A stretch of DNA of 64,000 bases from the NCBI RefSeq assembly GCF_009914755.1, contig NC_060947.1; one strand, 5' to 3'. The notes below the pieces were generated by a model. It searched no databases and had not been told where the DNA came from. It was given only the letters and a program-made list of their open reading frames with translations. Numbering within the stretch: position 1 is the stretch's first letter; every line of letters starts with the position of its first letter. Below are positions 14,665 through 32,029 of the stretch, one piece after another. A program made the translations under genes and the position numbers. This stretch comes from the human T2T-CHM13v2.0 reference genome, Homo sapiens.

Positions 14665-17600
14665 GAATTATTTCAAAGCCTGATCCGATCCATATTGGGT
14701 GTCTGATAAAGTGGTGGTATGTAGAACCTGTATGTGTATACATATGTCTGTGTCAATGATGTGGGTTCTTTCTGAAACACCTGAGGTAGGTAAGAGGTAG
14801 CCTTACTTGTTTTTCCAGATCTTGCTAGAATAGTAGATTTTTAGGGTTTGCTTTGGATTATGGAACAATGTATGTTGCCTTGACCATTAGGGAGGCTTCT
14901 GGGTAATTTCCATAGAGATTCTGGTTGGCCTCTTTACTGTTGTCTGAAAAAACTAGACCAAACATTCGGGGCTGGGGGTAGGATTCTTATTCTCTCCAAA
15001 GAACTGATATGAATATGTGTGTGGGGGGCTAGATAGGTTCATGCTCGCTCACCTCAGCATTGAGGGGTGTGAAGGTTATATGTTTGTGGTGGTAGGGGTG
15101 CTAAAAACCCTTGTATTATTGCAGGATAGGTTAAATAGTTTTTACTAGTCTCAGTAAATTGTTAGCTGAGCTTGTGGTTTGGAGGGAAAGATGTGGCTTT
15201 ATCAACTCGAAAAAACAAAGCCAGCTTTTAGAGAAGTTACCTCAAGCTACATAGGGACCAAAACTAATAAGCTGGATGCCATGTGGTCTCTTATCTTATC
15301 CTTGCCACCAAGAGACTCTTCCAAAACAATCATAGATCCATACAGCCCAAGAGCATTCTTTGGGCTCTCTGAACCTCTGCTTCCAGGAAGGCGGTCATAC
15401 AAAAATGAAGGCTGTGAGCTAATGGCTGTAAACAAATACACTTGCAGCAGGTTATGAGGCCACCTTTCAACCTTCAGCACATCCACTGGAGGTAGGTATT
15501 TTTGAGACTACTCTCAAAAAATTTTTTCTTAAGGCCTACGTGATAAACCTTGTTCCCTAATGGGGATGAGAATTGGATTAGGCTGTAAGATTAGCCTAGG
15601 GGAACAGCAGGCTGGGTGGGGGGTTGGGGACATCCTGCTTAGGGGTAGCCAGCCAAAGTCCCCCATACAAGCCCAACCAAGGATCATGCCACATTGAAGG
15701 TCTGCACAGTAGTGAGGCAGTGCTGTGGAATGACATCTGCCTTCCAACTTCTTACGTGAGTAAGGAGGCTCTCCCTGAATATTCAGATGGATGTTCAGCC
15801 ACATTCTTTGCTATATTTATAGGGTGGGGAGGGAAGACAAGGGGGAGCCAGGGAGTCCGAGCTGTTTAGAGAGGAGAGAAGGAAGTTTCAACAATGGGTA
15901 GGTTCAGGCTGTGGTTCCTCCTCACTGCCCCTTCCTCTTTGAGTTTGTCAGGGGACCTTCCTATGGCCTGAGATCATTTTCTTTTTCAAAGTGGCCAAAG
16001 CCACTGTAGGCACATTTAAATCAGGGTGCTTTAGCAGAAATACCAATGCTGGCATCTAAAACCCATGTGTAGTGAGACTTGATTGACATTTGGGACCTTT
16101 TTAAAACTGTAATTTTATTGTATTTTTGCATTTCCTGGTTTGTTAATCAAGGAAGAACATTGGCATGTCATCTTCCAGTCTCCAAATGTAAGTTAAATTG
16201 TCAATTTGTGTTTTTCCAGAAAATTTCTTTTTCCAGAAGTGCTTTGAATCATGATCATCTATCTGTAGGCATGGATCCTCCAATTTAGAAGTTGCTCCTA
16301 GTGTTACCTAGTTACCCTTCCTGTTCCATTCTGTGAAACTGGGAGATTTACTGTAGATTATTCAGTCTGGTCAGACAGAAAACTGCAGCTCCCTCCCCAG
16401 TCAACCAAAGCCTCCTCTATGGAGGGGAGGTATGGTAATGACATTATCTTTCCTTAGGCAGCCGCGTGTTCTCTGAGAACAGGATGTGGGGAGGGCTGGG
16501 CCCCAGTCACAGGGTATGGGGGTGGGCACCGGAAAATGGGCTGGTGGTAAGGCCATGAGGATTAGTGCTTGCCTTCTTGGCTTTGAGAGGCATGAAGAGC
16601 TCCTGTATTCTTGATTGTTCACTCATGTGTACACCCCACCCTCGCACATGGCATGTCTGTGTTCTTACCCTAAGAAAGACTGTACCTGAGAAACACCTTG
16701 TGTAAGAGCCCCAGCTGTTTGGCTTGCAGAAACTCAGTGAGGTGGAGTGAGTGGGCCCAGGCTGCTCACTGTACCAACCCATGCCTTGTGATTCTTTATG
16801 ACAGCCTGTGGCTTCAGGCCACTTTTGCTAAGCTTTATTGGGGAGCTGGGCCCCAGTAGATAATGGGCAGCTTTGCTGCTCTTTCTCAGGGCCCCAGTTG
16901 TTTCCCTCCCCACAAATGGCTCCTTAGCTGAGGTGATTTGCATGTTCAACTTCCTTTCAGGCCCCATCCTTCTCTTCTCCCTGCCCCCCACTGCTTCTGC
17001 TGGGGACCTGTGGTGATGTTCTGCCTGGGGTGGGGAAAAGAGGATGTAGCTAGCTTCCTGTGCAAAAGAGGGTGGGGCGCCGGCCTTCCTGCCTGTCTGC
17101 CCACCCACCCAGTGCTTGAGGAATTGCCTGAAGAGTTCAGTTCAGAGTCACCAGAGCCTGAAGGGCTTTCTTCAGAGTAGAGATTGACCTTTGCTCATGC
17201 TGGTCTCTCTCCACAGTTTTCTACTGTGGGAATAGCTGGACACTTTTTTCCTGAAATCGCAATGCTGAAAGGACCTTTAGAGGCCAACTAGACCAACCAC
17301 TTCACATTACAGATGGGGAAACTGAAGCCCAGAAAGTCATATAAGTCCTATAAGGAATCAGTGGCAAAGCTAGGATGAGTAGAATTCTAGAAGGTCAGAC
17401 CTAGGGCTCTCTCCCTCCCGTCAAGCTGCTAATCCAGTGGGTTACAAACTGTTTGGCTGGGCTACCTGGTGAGCTACAGCCTCCCTTCAACCAGAACAGC
17501 TCTACTTTTACGTACTTCATATTTTGAAGTTTTGTGTGATTTTCTGTTTGGGAGATTGAGGAGGCAGGAAGCTGTTAGAAATGTAATAAAGTCAAAACCA

Positions 17601-17879
17601 CTGAGCAAAACCCAGCCATTACAGTTGGGAACACTCAGACCTACAGGGGGAAGTAAATATCCGAAGTTTACTGGGATTGGACTCAGAGACCCAATCTCTG
17701 AACCACCATTCATGGCTGGTTGCTCCGAGCTAAAGATGTGGCTCCTTCTACCACAAGGGCTGTTCCCACCCTGTGTTACCAATGCTATTCTCCTTTCCCA
17801 AAGACAGCCTCTTTTGTAGCATCCTAAGACAGACCTGAAGTCCAGAGGCTGCTCAATTTCTTGGATGAAACAAATGATA

Positions 17880-18357
<478 letters not shown>

Positions 18358-19174
18358 TTAAAATGGTACTTGTCTCGGGCTTGTCTTTTTCTTACAGGGT
18401 TTAATTCAGTGAGAGAATGCATATGGGCAAGTATCTTTTAAATTGTAGAGCACTGTGCGCATGGGGCTAGGATTATTGTTGTATACAAGTGAGCCAGAGA
18501 CCCTGGAAGAATCTGGGTTGGATAATGGCATTGCAGGAGAAAGGAACTAAAATTTATGAAACATCTACTACATGCCAGGTACCAAGCCAGGTGCTTTTCT
18601 GTTTGTAAAGGATAAAATGTCAGCCTTGCAACACTCCGGTGAGGTAGGCATTATTACTCCCATTTTACCTGTAGGAAAACTGAGGCTTTAAGAGGTCTAG
18701 GGACTTGTAATGTTCCAGAGACTACCTCTAGAGCCCAGGGTTTCTGTCAGGTATTTGTGAAGAGATCTTAAGAATGTCCTATGGTTTCTATTGGGGTTTT
18801 CTAGCCCACTCCCTGCCTCACTCCAGCCTCTCTCCTCTGGTGGGGATGAGACTGTCTCTTGTTGGCTTCATGTCTCAGTCCTGAACTCTTTATCCTCAGA
18901 TTTCCTTGGAGTGCACTGGGCACAATTAGGTGCCCTTGTTTGGCCTTTAGCTGATGGGGAGCCCTTTGGGTCAGCCACCTTTTGGCTGATAGTAAGGATG
19001 TCCTGCTACCCTGGGGTGCTGGTAAGGAGAGCCAGGGATTTATAGCTAGCCAGACAGACTTGGCTCTTGGTCAAGGTCATGCAGCTAGAAAATAGCAGTT
19101 GGTTCCTTTCTTTGAGACTCAGTTTCCTCATTCATAAAATGGGTTTAATAATGCTTAACTTGCATGTGTCTCTT

Positions 19175-19367
19175 GTCCAGTGTGCTGGTAAATGTTTAAC
19201 AATCAACTCTTCGGCAAATCCATGATTTTTACTGTTTGCCAATTCCCATGGTATAAATACTCCCACCATGGCTGATTTCAGGTTACCAATATGCAGTCCT
19301 TGATGGAGGAGTTGGGAAGAGATGTGCATGATCAGCTCTAGTGCAAGCTGGTTCTAGTGCACCATTG
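19175..19367 (-). mobile_element. MER63-like hAT DNA transposon
   Basis: gtgtgctggtaaatgtttaacaa...aaatactcccaccatggctgatttca...gagttgggaagagatgtgca matches recalled MER63. Confidence 0.7.
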
Positions 19368-19919
19368 CTAGTCACACCTATTTTAGACTCCTACCCTCAC
19401 CCTCCAACATACTCACATCTGTATGCAAATGCAGCATCCTCTCAACCATGCCTCTTCTTTTCCTCAAGTTCCAAGAGCATCAAGGAAAGAGAGAGCTTCA
19501 TTTAAGGTCTGCTCCTTGCCTGAAAGTTCTTCCAGGAAAGAGTGAATGTGGAGTGTTTAAGACGCAGAGAACTCAAGAGGGCTTTGAGTGGGGCCCTAAT
19601 TATAGCATTGTGATCATCATGCTTTGGCTGCTGAAGTATCTGAACTGTCTGTTTTCTCCCACTGTTTGATTCTTAGCTAGATGGGAGGATGGTTGAAGAT
19701 CCTGGACAATGGTCTGAGGGTCTGGTGCACTTAGCGTTCTGATTGTAATTTCAAAGTCTCCTCCTCTTCCTGCCTGCAGACCTTACTTTGCTGGGTGCTA
19801 ACCTCAAGGTTCCTGTCATGGGGATCTCTGGGCCAGAAAGCATTTTGGATGACCAGAGATCCCTGGTCCTGTTCTCTCATTTCAACAGCATCAAGGCCAT
19901 GTGTTGTTTCTTTGAACTT

Positions 19920-20085
19920 TTCAGATGGAAAGAATCACCTGAGGCATTTGTTAAAATGCTAATTCCCCAGCGTCTTCTCTGGAGAGTCCATTTCAGTAAG
20001 CTTGGGGTGGTGTCCAGAAGTCTGGACTTTTTGACCAGTGCCAAATTCTTATGGTAAGCTAAGTTTGGGATATACCTCATTAAGC
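19920..20085. mobile_element. MER5-like hAT-Charlie MITE
   Basis: gaatcacctgaggcatttgttaaaatgc...aagtttggga. Confidence 0.55.
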
Positions 20086-20418
20086 ACTGCACAACACTCC
20101 TGCCATGGTGGCATCATTATGCCCACGTTACAAGTTGAAATTTAAGAGTTCATGGTTTATTATTGGTAGACCTGGATCTTGAGATCAGGTTTTCAGAATA
20201 CAAAGCTATGTTCCTCTTACTACAGAGACATTACTTTAGTGCACAGTGGTGTATGTGATGGTGTGTAGTGATGATTTTAGGTAGGGAGGAGCAGGGATAA
20301 TCCCTGCACTACTTTACAAATAGGGAGGCCAAGGTGCAGAGGGATTTGAGGGCAGTAGCAGAACTGACTGCATCCTTGCATCCTTGATCTTTTGTGGATG
20401 TGGACCGTATTCAATTGG

Positions 20419-20773
<355 letters not shown>

Positions 20774-20779
20774 TAGTCA

Positions 20780-21187
<408 letters not shown>

Positions 21188-21968
21188 TTAATGGGACATA
21201 ACTGGAGAAAATGGCAAGGCAGAGTCCAGAATAAGGAAGGAAGATCAGGCAGCCTTTGAAAATAATAAGGCAGCATAGGTGCTGTGTTGTGCTCTGCCTT
21301 TCCATAGGATTCTGCTTCTTGGGGAGGAAATCCCCATCTCTCTCAAGAGATAAAATATTTAAAATAATGCTGGAATACATGTGTATTTAACTGTTGTGCA
21401 TGGTTTCACATTGTCTTGCCAACTAGAAATGTAATCACCTTTTAGTTTTCCCTGAAAGTGAGAGTCCTTTATGCTAGAAGGGCTCTTTAGAGGTCTTCTT
21501 GGGCAGCCCCTAGCCCTCTGTAGTGAAACAGGTTTTTGTTTTAAATTATTCCTGACAGGTAGGATATTCGTCATAATATGGCTAAAAGGGGAGGGATTAG
21601 TAATCATCACATTCTACTTATGATGTGTCAAGTACTTTCATGTCTATTATTATTATTATTTTTATTTTTATTACTGTTCAATTATTTTCTTCCTCCAGTG
21701 TCAAACATGTCTGTTATGTTAACTTAAATCTCCCAATAACCCTGTACTGAGGTCGATATTATTAGACCCGTTTTATAGATTAGGAAACTGAATTTTAGAA
21801 AGAGGAAGGTCAAAAAGGCTCCAAAGCTCAAAATGCTGAGACCATTATTTCCAGGACAAGGGCTCCTGGGTTTTCTGTGGGTTTCCCAGATACTAGATTT
21901 GGTTCTTAGCTTACCAGCAAGGTAGGTAGGAAGCCAACCTTAGCCTACCCCTGGGGTTGAAAACAGAG

Positions 21969-22284
21969 GTTTTTTGTTTTTTGTTTTTTTTTTGACAGGA
22001 TCTCTCTCTGTTGCACAGGATAGAGTGCAGTGGCAAGATTTTGGCTCACTGCAACCTCTGCCTCCTGTGTTGAAGCAAGCGATTCTCATGCCTCAGCCTC
22101 CTAAGTAAGTATTAGTAGCTGGGACTACAGGCGTGCGCCACCATGCCCAGCTAATTTTTGTACTTTTTGTAGAGACAGAATTTCGCCATTTTGCCCAGGC
22201 TGGTCTTTAACTGGGCTCAAGCGGTCTGCTTGCCTCACCCTCCCAAAGTGCTGGGATTACAGGCATGAGCCACCACGCTCAGCT
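21969..22284 (-). mobile_element. Alu (J-like)
   Basis: Antisense dimer; TSD aaacagag. Confidence 0.88.
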
Positions 22285-23131
22285 GGAAACAGAGCTTTTT
22301 GATTAGGGCCAGAAGCGTCCCCCTGCAACTGCATATTTGACTAATCCTGGCTTCAGCAGTTTTAACATTCCCATGAGCAATAGATGGAACCCAAGTTTGG
22401 GTTTGGATCAGCTCCAGTGTGCTTCAGAAGTATGATGCTGGAGGTTGCTGGAGTCTGTTCCTAAGCAGAGGGAATAGAGCCCTCTTCTGGCACCCTGGGC
22501 AGAGCTGGCATATTCAGGCAGCCAAAAATGGTCAGTTTCCAGTCTACAAATACTTCCTGTAAAACTTGCTGGCAGGAAGCTGGGTCAAGCAGGAAAGTGA
22601 CGCTAAAGAGTGAAGCCCAGCTAGGTGTGGCCCCGGATAGGGGCTTTGCCCATCTGGAGACTTACTTTATTAATGATGGGTCTGCACTTCTTTTATTTCA
22701 GCAGCTTTGAAGTTTTATGGGAGTTGAAGGAATCTGTTGTTCTTGGCTGCCTGGATATGAACCCATTACTCAAATTCCCTTCCTCTTTCTCTGCTCTGTG
22801 CCCTCCTCAATCCCCAGCTTGAGTCTTGGCTATGCCTATTACTGGGGGCCTTCCCAACCAGTTGCTATTCAAGTTTTTCCAAAGAAAACAGTTCTGGAAA
22901 CAGGGCTCTCTGAGTTCTCCTTCCATGGTGTTATAAAATATTTAGTCTCCCTAGAATGGGTGGTGGTGATTGTCTCAGATCCTGAAAGTTAGGCCTGCCC
23001 TCTGTTGAAAGCTAAACTTCCAAGCAGTGCCAGCTTGGAGTTTTTCACGGAAACAAATTGATCCAGCCTCCTCCACATAGTTTTTTTTTTAGATCAATAA
23101 TAGTATGCTTGAAGTATCTACTGTTTTCTAA

Positions 23132-23520
<389 letters not shown>

Positions 23521-26429
23521 CTAGCAGCTGTGTGGCTCTGGGCCAGTGCCTACCTTTCTTTGGACCTCAGTTTCCCCAGCTGTATGTTGCAAGGTTCGAA
23601 TCGAGTGATCTCTGACGTCTTTTTCAGGTCTGACAGTTTGGGATTCTGGACTGTTTATTTTCTTAGAGGACAAGTTGAAGTTCAGAAGGGAGAAGCCATA
23701 TGAGATTCTAGGATGCATGGGTTGAAATAATGAGAAAATGTAAAAAGAGGAATGGCCATGCTAAGGAGCTGGTGTGTCAGCCCATGTGCCTAAGAAGGAG
23801 AGATGAGTTGGGGCTGGAGAGTATTTGCCCTGGGGGTATGGTTTGGCTAAGGTGATTTTGAAAGTAAGAACTGAAGTTAGGTTCAGACACTAAGCAGATG
23901 GTTTTCTTCCTGACTTTCACGTGTGGAGAGAAAAACAAGAGGGGTTTACCTGGGCCTGAGGTTGAACAAAAGGCCATGCAATTACGGCTGGATTAACGAA
24001 GAAACTAACTTGCTAAAGTGACATCACTGTTTCTGATTTTTTTCTTTCAATTTTCACCTCTGACCTGAACTCTGCTCCCACAGGGACAAGGTGGTTATAT
24101 TTCCATTGCTAACCCTCACACATATGGTAATTGGAGGAGTAACTCTCAGTTTCCAGTGTGCCCTTGTCTTCCAGTTGAAATGCTTCTTGAGGAGCTTCGG
24201 ATGACAGGGCTGGGTCAAAACAAATGAAAGGGGACCCTTGTCTCTGACGCCCTCTGGAGCAGTTGGAGTGGTTGAAGAAATACTGCTAACCCATTAAGGT
24301 GTGAGTGAGGTTGGGTGTTGTTCTCCTTTCTAGAAGCTACTGGGAAAAGGCACAGGCATAGGAAAGGTTAACCCCAGTCAGGTTTTATGGGCTGTATTGA
24401 GAGTCTGGAAGAGGTCCTAGCAGATAACTGTACCAGTTACCACTTCCAAGTCAACAGGGAAGAGGCTGACTTGCTGAGAAGTGAGTTAGTCAGTGAAGGA
24501 AGAGGAGGAGGAGCAGAATGGCCCCTAGGCTAAAGATTCAAAGCAAACCTTGTTTTCCCTCTTATGGAAAAAAGCTAGTTGAGACAGTGCTGTCATCCAG
24601 AGAGGCAAAACAGACCAGGACCTGCCCTGCCCTGCCTTGGCCCCACTCTTAGTAGCAGGAAATGGTGGGAACTGGAGCCTAAACAATGGAGTTTAGCTTC
24701 CGACCTGATGAAGGCAGTGTGAGTGACGCTGTGATGACTATTCTCTGGCCAAGGAAGATACTAGAACTCTGGGATTGCGTTGGTAGGGCACATCCTTCTT
24801 CTGGCTCCCCTGCCCCACTTATACTTGCCTTCTTCTCTACACCAGCAGCCCCACTGAAAGCCCAGCAGGGGTGGCCCCCTGGGGAGGTGGCAGGTGGAAA
24901 TGAGGTCATTGAGCTCAGACCCAACTGGGCTGACTCACAACCTCTGCCCCAGTGAGACAAGGGGACCTTCCCAAGCAGTGCTTCCCAGATGTGCCCAGGC
25001 TTCCTATGCCAGAATGTTTGAGTCTTAGCCAAAATAGTTGCCAAGCCAGTGTCTGAAGACAACATGACAGGAGAGGTGGGTGGAGTTGTGGAAGGAGCTC
25101 CAGGAATGTCCAGAAGACCCGCCTCCACTACTTGTTGGCTGAGTAAATGTGACCTCAGTGATGTTAAGTGAGACTGTGTGTGATGAGGCCGACACATTGT
25201 TGGCATTCAGTAAGTGTTCATTTCCATCCTTCTGTCACCTGCCTCTATGCACTTCAGTTTTCTCATCTATGAAGTGGGGATGGTAATGTTCATCCCCTCA
25301 GCTCGGAGGTCCATGCTCCAGGCAAGTTACTTGTAATTATTTGACTTACTCTCTGCTTTTCTCTCTGACTCTTCCAAACTTCTCTCCAGGAAAGAGCCAT
25401 CTTATAGTTCAGTGACATGGGGTAGGTGAGGGGAAACCATTGCTAATCCCTTTTGCTGTAGCTGGGCTACAGCTCACCTGGGTGCTTCTGATGATAGGCA
25501 AAGAGAGGGTTGCTTATTTGAAACTGGCAGGCCCAGACACCAAAGTACCTCTCAGCTGCTGGTGCCAAGACAGAGGTAGCATCTGGCCTGGTTACTTTTG
25601 TGTCTCAGCCCAGCTAACTGGAGACATGAGAGAGAACCCAGTTTGTTGAAGGCTTTGGACAGTGTACCACCGAGATGAGTTTGTTTGTGCTTAGTGAAGT
25701 GCTTGGTGTGGGAAGCGTCTATGTTGAATTGCTCAGTAAATAACAGTGGGCTTATTGTTCTTGGGCAACAGGTGGGAGGGCCAGTGCATGTGAGAGGATG
25801 ACACTCCTCCTTCCCCAAACACACATGCAGACATTTTGTTATTGTTCCTTCAAACCTTAATGTTCTTCTGAGACACAGTCTTTAACCTCATGCTGTGCCT
25901 AGATCCTCAGGGCCTGGCTTAGGCAGGGATCTAGGCATATAAACAGTTCTCTTCTGGGGACTACATCTTGAAATGCTACCCCATCCGGGTCAGCTCCTGT
26001 ATTCCTGTCAAACTGAAGGACTGGCTGGGAATTTTCTGCCAACTTTGGAAACTTCATTTTTAGGTTCTTTCCTCCCAAACAAGACCACTGTCTTCTCTTT
26101 AGGGAGAGAGCAGCGTCTAGGCCCGAAAAGAAGACCATGGGTGCCTACTAAGGGTGAGCATCCAGTGGGCCCTCTGTGGCAGTGGGTCTGGGCCTGCAGC
26201 CCATCTTGCACTCTTGAATCCCTGATTAATCTAAGAGAGAACAAAGGGACCTTCTTTGATCAGGACTTCTATCCTATCTATCACTTTCAGGCCCCAGCTG
26301 TTACTACCCTTACTCCCTGCTACCTCTGACACGTACACAGAAAACAGGAGAGCATAGACCAATGGCCTTGTCCTCATGACTTAGTTTTTTTCTAATTTTT
26401 AATTTTAAAATTTTTATTATTTTTTAACT

Positions 26430-26564
26430 TGATTTTTTTTTTTAAATAGAGATGGTCTTGCTATATTGCCCAGGATGATCTCTAGCTTCTGGCTTCAAGC
26501 TGTCCTCCCACCTTGGTCTCCCAAAGTGTTGGGATTTACAGGTGTGAGCTGCTGTACCCAGCCT
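26430..26564 (-). mobile_element. Alu monomer (FLAM-like)
   Basis: Single antisense arm with T-rich tail. Confidence 0.8.
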
Positions 26565-26589
26565 AATTTTGATTTTTTTAACCTGACAC

Positions 26590-27690
<1,101 letters not shown>

Positions 27691-28819
27691 ACAGGACTCA
27701 CATTTGCTTCTGAGTTAAGTGGAGACAGGAATGGGAATTCTTTTGTGTTTGTTTTTCTTTCCAACTTTTTAAAAACCCAAAATTATTTATCTCCACATTG
27801 AAGTTCAGGAAACCTCAGGCTGCTATCCCTGGGGAAGAAGCCATAGTGGAATGGCAGAAACCCTGAGTAGAGATTCAGAAAAAACAGGTTCTGGTTGGGT
27901 TTCAGCTCACACCTTCTGATTTTAGTAGAGCCCTTTTACCAGGGTGATCCTCTACGAGGGAGGAAGCATGGCCAACCCTAGCCTCTCTGACATGCTTATT
28001 CATCACTCAGGATGGGCCCTTCTTTACCAATTGATTTATTTAATAAATATTTGTTTAACGAATATTTGATTACGTACTTTGGGCCAGCACTGGGCTTCAC
28101 CCTTGATCAGTGCCCTGAAGACGCTGGATTGGCATGACCTACAATTGACATGATCTGTTCGAGACACTGGCTTGCTTCCTTTGAAAATTATTTCCAATAT
28201 TGTGAATTAAAGGGAACTCCTAGGCTTTAGGATATGTCCCTGGAATCCCACCCCCCCTTAGTTTCCTTCCTGGGTGTTTTCTTCCAAAAAGCCTGGTTCT
28301 GATTGTGCCCCACCCTGCCCAGAACCTCTAGACTGGCTGGCCACTGCCAACAGGATTAAGGCCCAACCTTCTAGCATAGCCTTCAATGCCCTCCACTTAT
28401 CTTCCTAGACTCTGCCCTCTCTTCACTTTGCAGGCCTCATTCACCCTGGAGTAGGACTGACTTCTAAAGGGACCATCTGCATCCTTGCCTCCTTCTGGGC
28501 CATCATACATGTTGTTTTCTCTACCTGGGACATTTGAGTGCTCTTGTGCCTACCCTCACAGTCTTTCTTTTCCACAATCCAGCTTATTCTTTGGAAATCA
28601 GTGCAAACACTACTTTGAACTGTGGTTCCTAATTTCCACGAAAGGTTTTCTCTGTTCTTCTATTATGGCACTTTTCAGGGTCTCCCTTGTACATTTTAGT
28701 TTTTGTGTTTTTCAGTAAGTGCCTTGAGATCAGGGACCGGTTCTACTGGTCTGTTCCAACCATAGTTCCTTAAACATTGTGTTCCATTAATATTGGGTGA
28801 ATTGAAATGAATTTATAGG

Positions 28820-30210
<1,391 letters not shown>

Positions 30211-32029
30211 CAAATTTCCCCATCTTTGTATGTGTATATTATGCTGTATCTATCTCCAATATCCCTTGTTTGGTACCCATTCATTTAGCCAACATCTTGC
30301 ATGAGTACCCATTGAATCTTGAGTACTGGAAAGGTAATTCTAAGTAAGACGTAAACTTTGAGTTGAGAATGAAGTCTATTATTCTAAAAAGCCCACTGCC
30401 CCCTTTCTATTCTCTCCTGTCCCTTCAGTCATTGGTGTTTTGAGGTCACCCTTGACCCAGCTCAAGGGTGATTTGAGGCTGGATATAGTATGGTGCCCCT
30501 CAAATTCCAGTCCAATGGCCCCATCCTACTTTATGACGGCCCATTCTGTAGGGGTCACTGACTTGGCAGGAAGCCTAGGGTAGGACCAAATCAAAGTGGC
30601 TAACCTTGCCTTACTCCCACTGGGGTACTTGCCTTACTTGTTCCTGCCTTCAGGGCCTTTCCTGTCCCATTGTCAATCCTAAAATAGATTTCCTCCTTGG
30701 CTCCCTAGCGAGATTTATTTACAAAGTTGTTTTCTGGGCCTGATCCTCATCGTAATTGTTTATCTGGCAAAATAGCTGCCTGGCCCCCTCTTCCCTGCTC
30801 CTGACCCGTGTGTTCAGGAAAGTCCTAGAGGTTCAAAGACTGATAAGGTTTAATGTCTTACTCACTCCATGGAAATTTGCATCTTTGGCAATACTATATC
30901 TAGTGCTTTCCCTCAATACTATAAGCAGTATGTGACCAACTTAGAAAATGTAGATTAGATTTTTTTTTTTTTTTTTTAGTTTAAAGAAAGGAGAAAGCAC
31001 CCATAAGATCACCACCCCAAAACCAAGCCTGACTAATACTTGGACAAGATTCCAATCATCCTTCTATGTATACATTTTACAAAGTTGAGCTCACGGACTC
31101 TATGAAATACTGTTTACATTTCCTCAATATTACTAAAGTGTCTTCCGTGAGCATGAAATAGTCTTCATAAAGATTTTGTATGACCATATAAGAAGCCATT
31201 TTGTGGCTGTACTATATACATTATTTAAGCAAAATATCTAACAACTAAAAATCAATCTTTTTTTTCTTTTAATGGGAGACTTTTGTACTCTGTAAGAGGA
31301 ATTTAGCATATTGGTTTACATTGTGAGGTTTGGATTTAGACCTGGATTCAAACCCTGTCTCCCCTGCTTAATAGCAATGTGACTTTAGACAAATACCTAT
31401 TTCTTTATCTCCAATGTGGAGATAATACTCTACTTCACAGGGTGATTATTGATATTAAATGAGGTAGTACATATGAAGTGCCTGGTGAGTAGCAAGTCTT
31501 GATACAGGAAAGCTGCTGCCTGTTACTATTACTACTGCTACCATTACTACTGAGTTTTCAGCCAAAGGACTAAATCTCTAATTATGAAATTTCAGCTATC
31601 ATTGACCTAGCTTCGAGGATCTATTTGTAAAGGTGGTATTTTTTCTAGTGCCCGTGAAATCATGTGTGTGGCTGTCTCTTATTTTGGTCTGGGCCTGTTT
31701 CTGCACCTTTGTCCTCCCACTGAGTTGGCTTTGGTAGCCCCTCTATGCCACCCATACCCACCTCTACTGAGGCCCCCTTCCCCTCTTGAGCCTAAGGAAG
31801 CCAATGAGACATAAATATAGGAAGCATTAGCAATGCAAGGCAGTATATAGAACCACCGACATCAGCACTGAAATGGTCTTTGGACCATTTATCTAGTTTA
31901 ATTGGCTGCCCTCCATCCCATTCCTGCCTTTGCACAGGTAAGGGAAACTAAGGCCCAGGAAAAGGACAGGAGTTATCCAAGGTTGTAGATTTGACCAGCT
32001 ACATGCTAGGCTTGGAATCCAGTGTTCTT

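Noticed and set aside
24679-25206. 175-aa minus-strand ORF in mostly unique DNA
   Set aside because: No recognisable domain, starts in MIR/L2-like sequence, length compatible with chance
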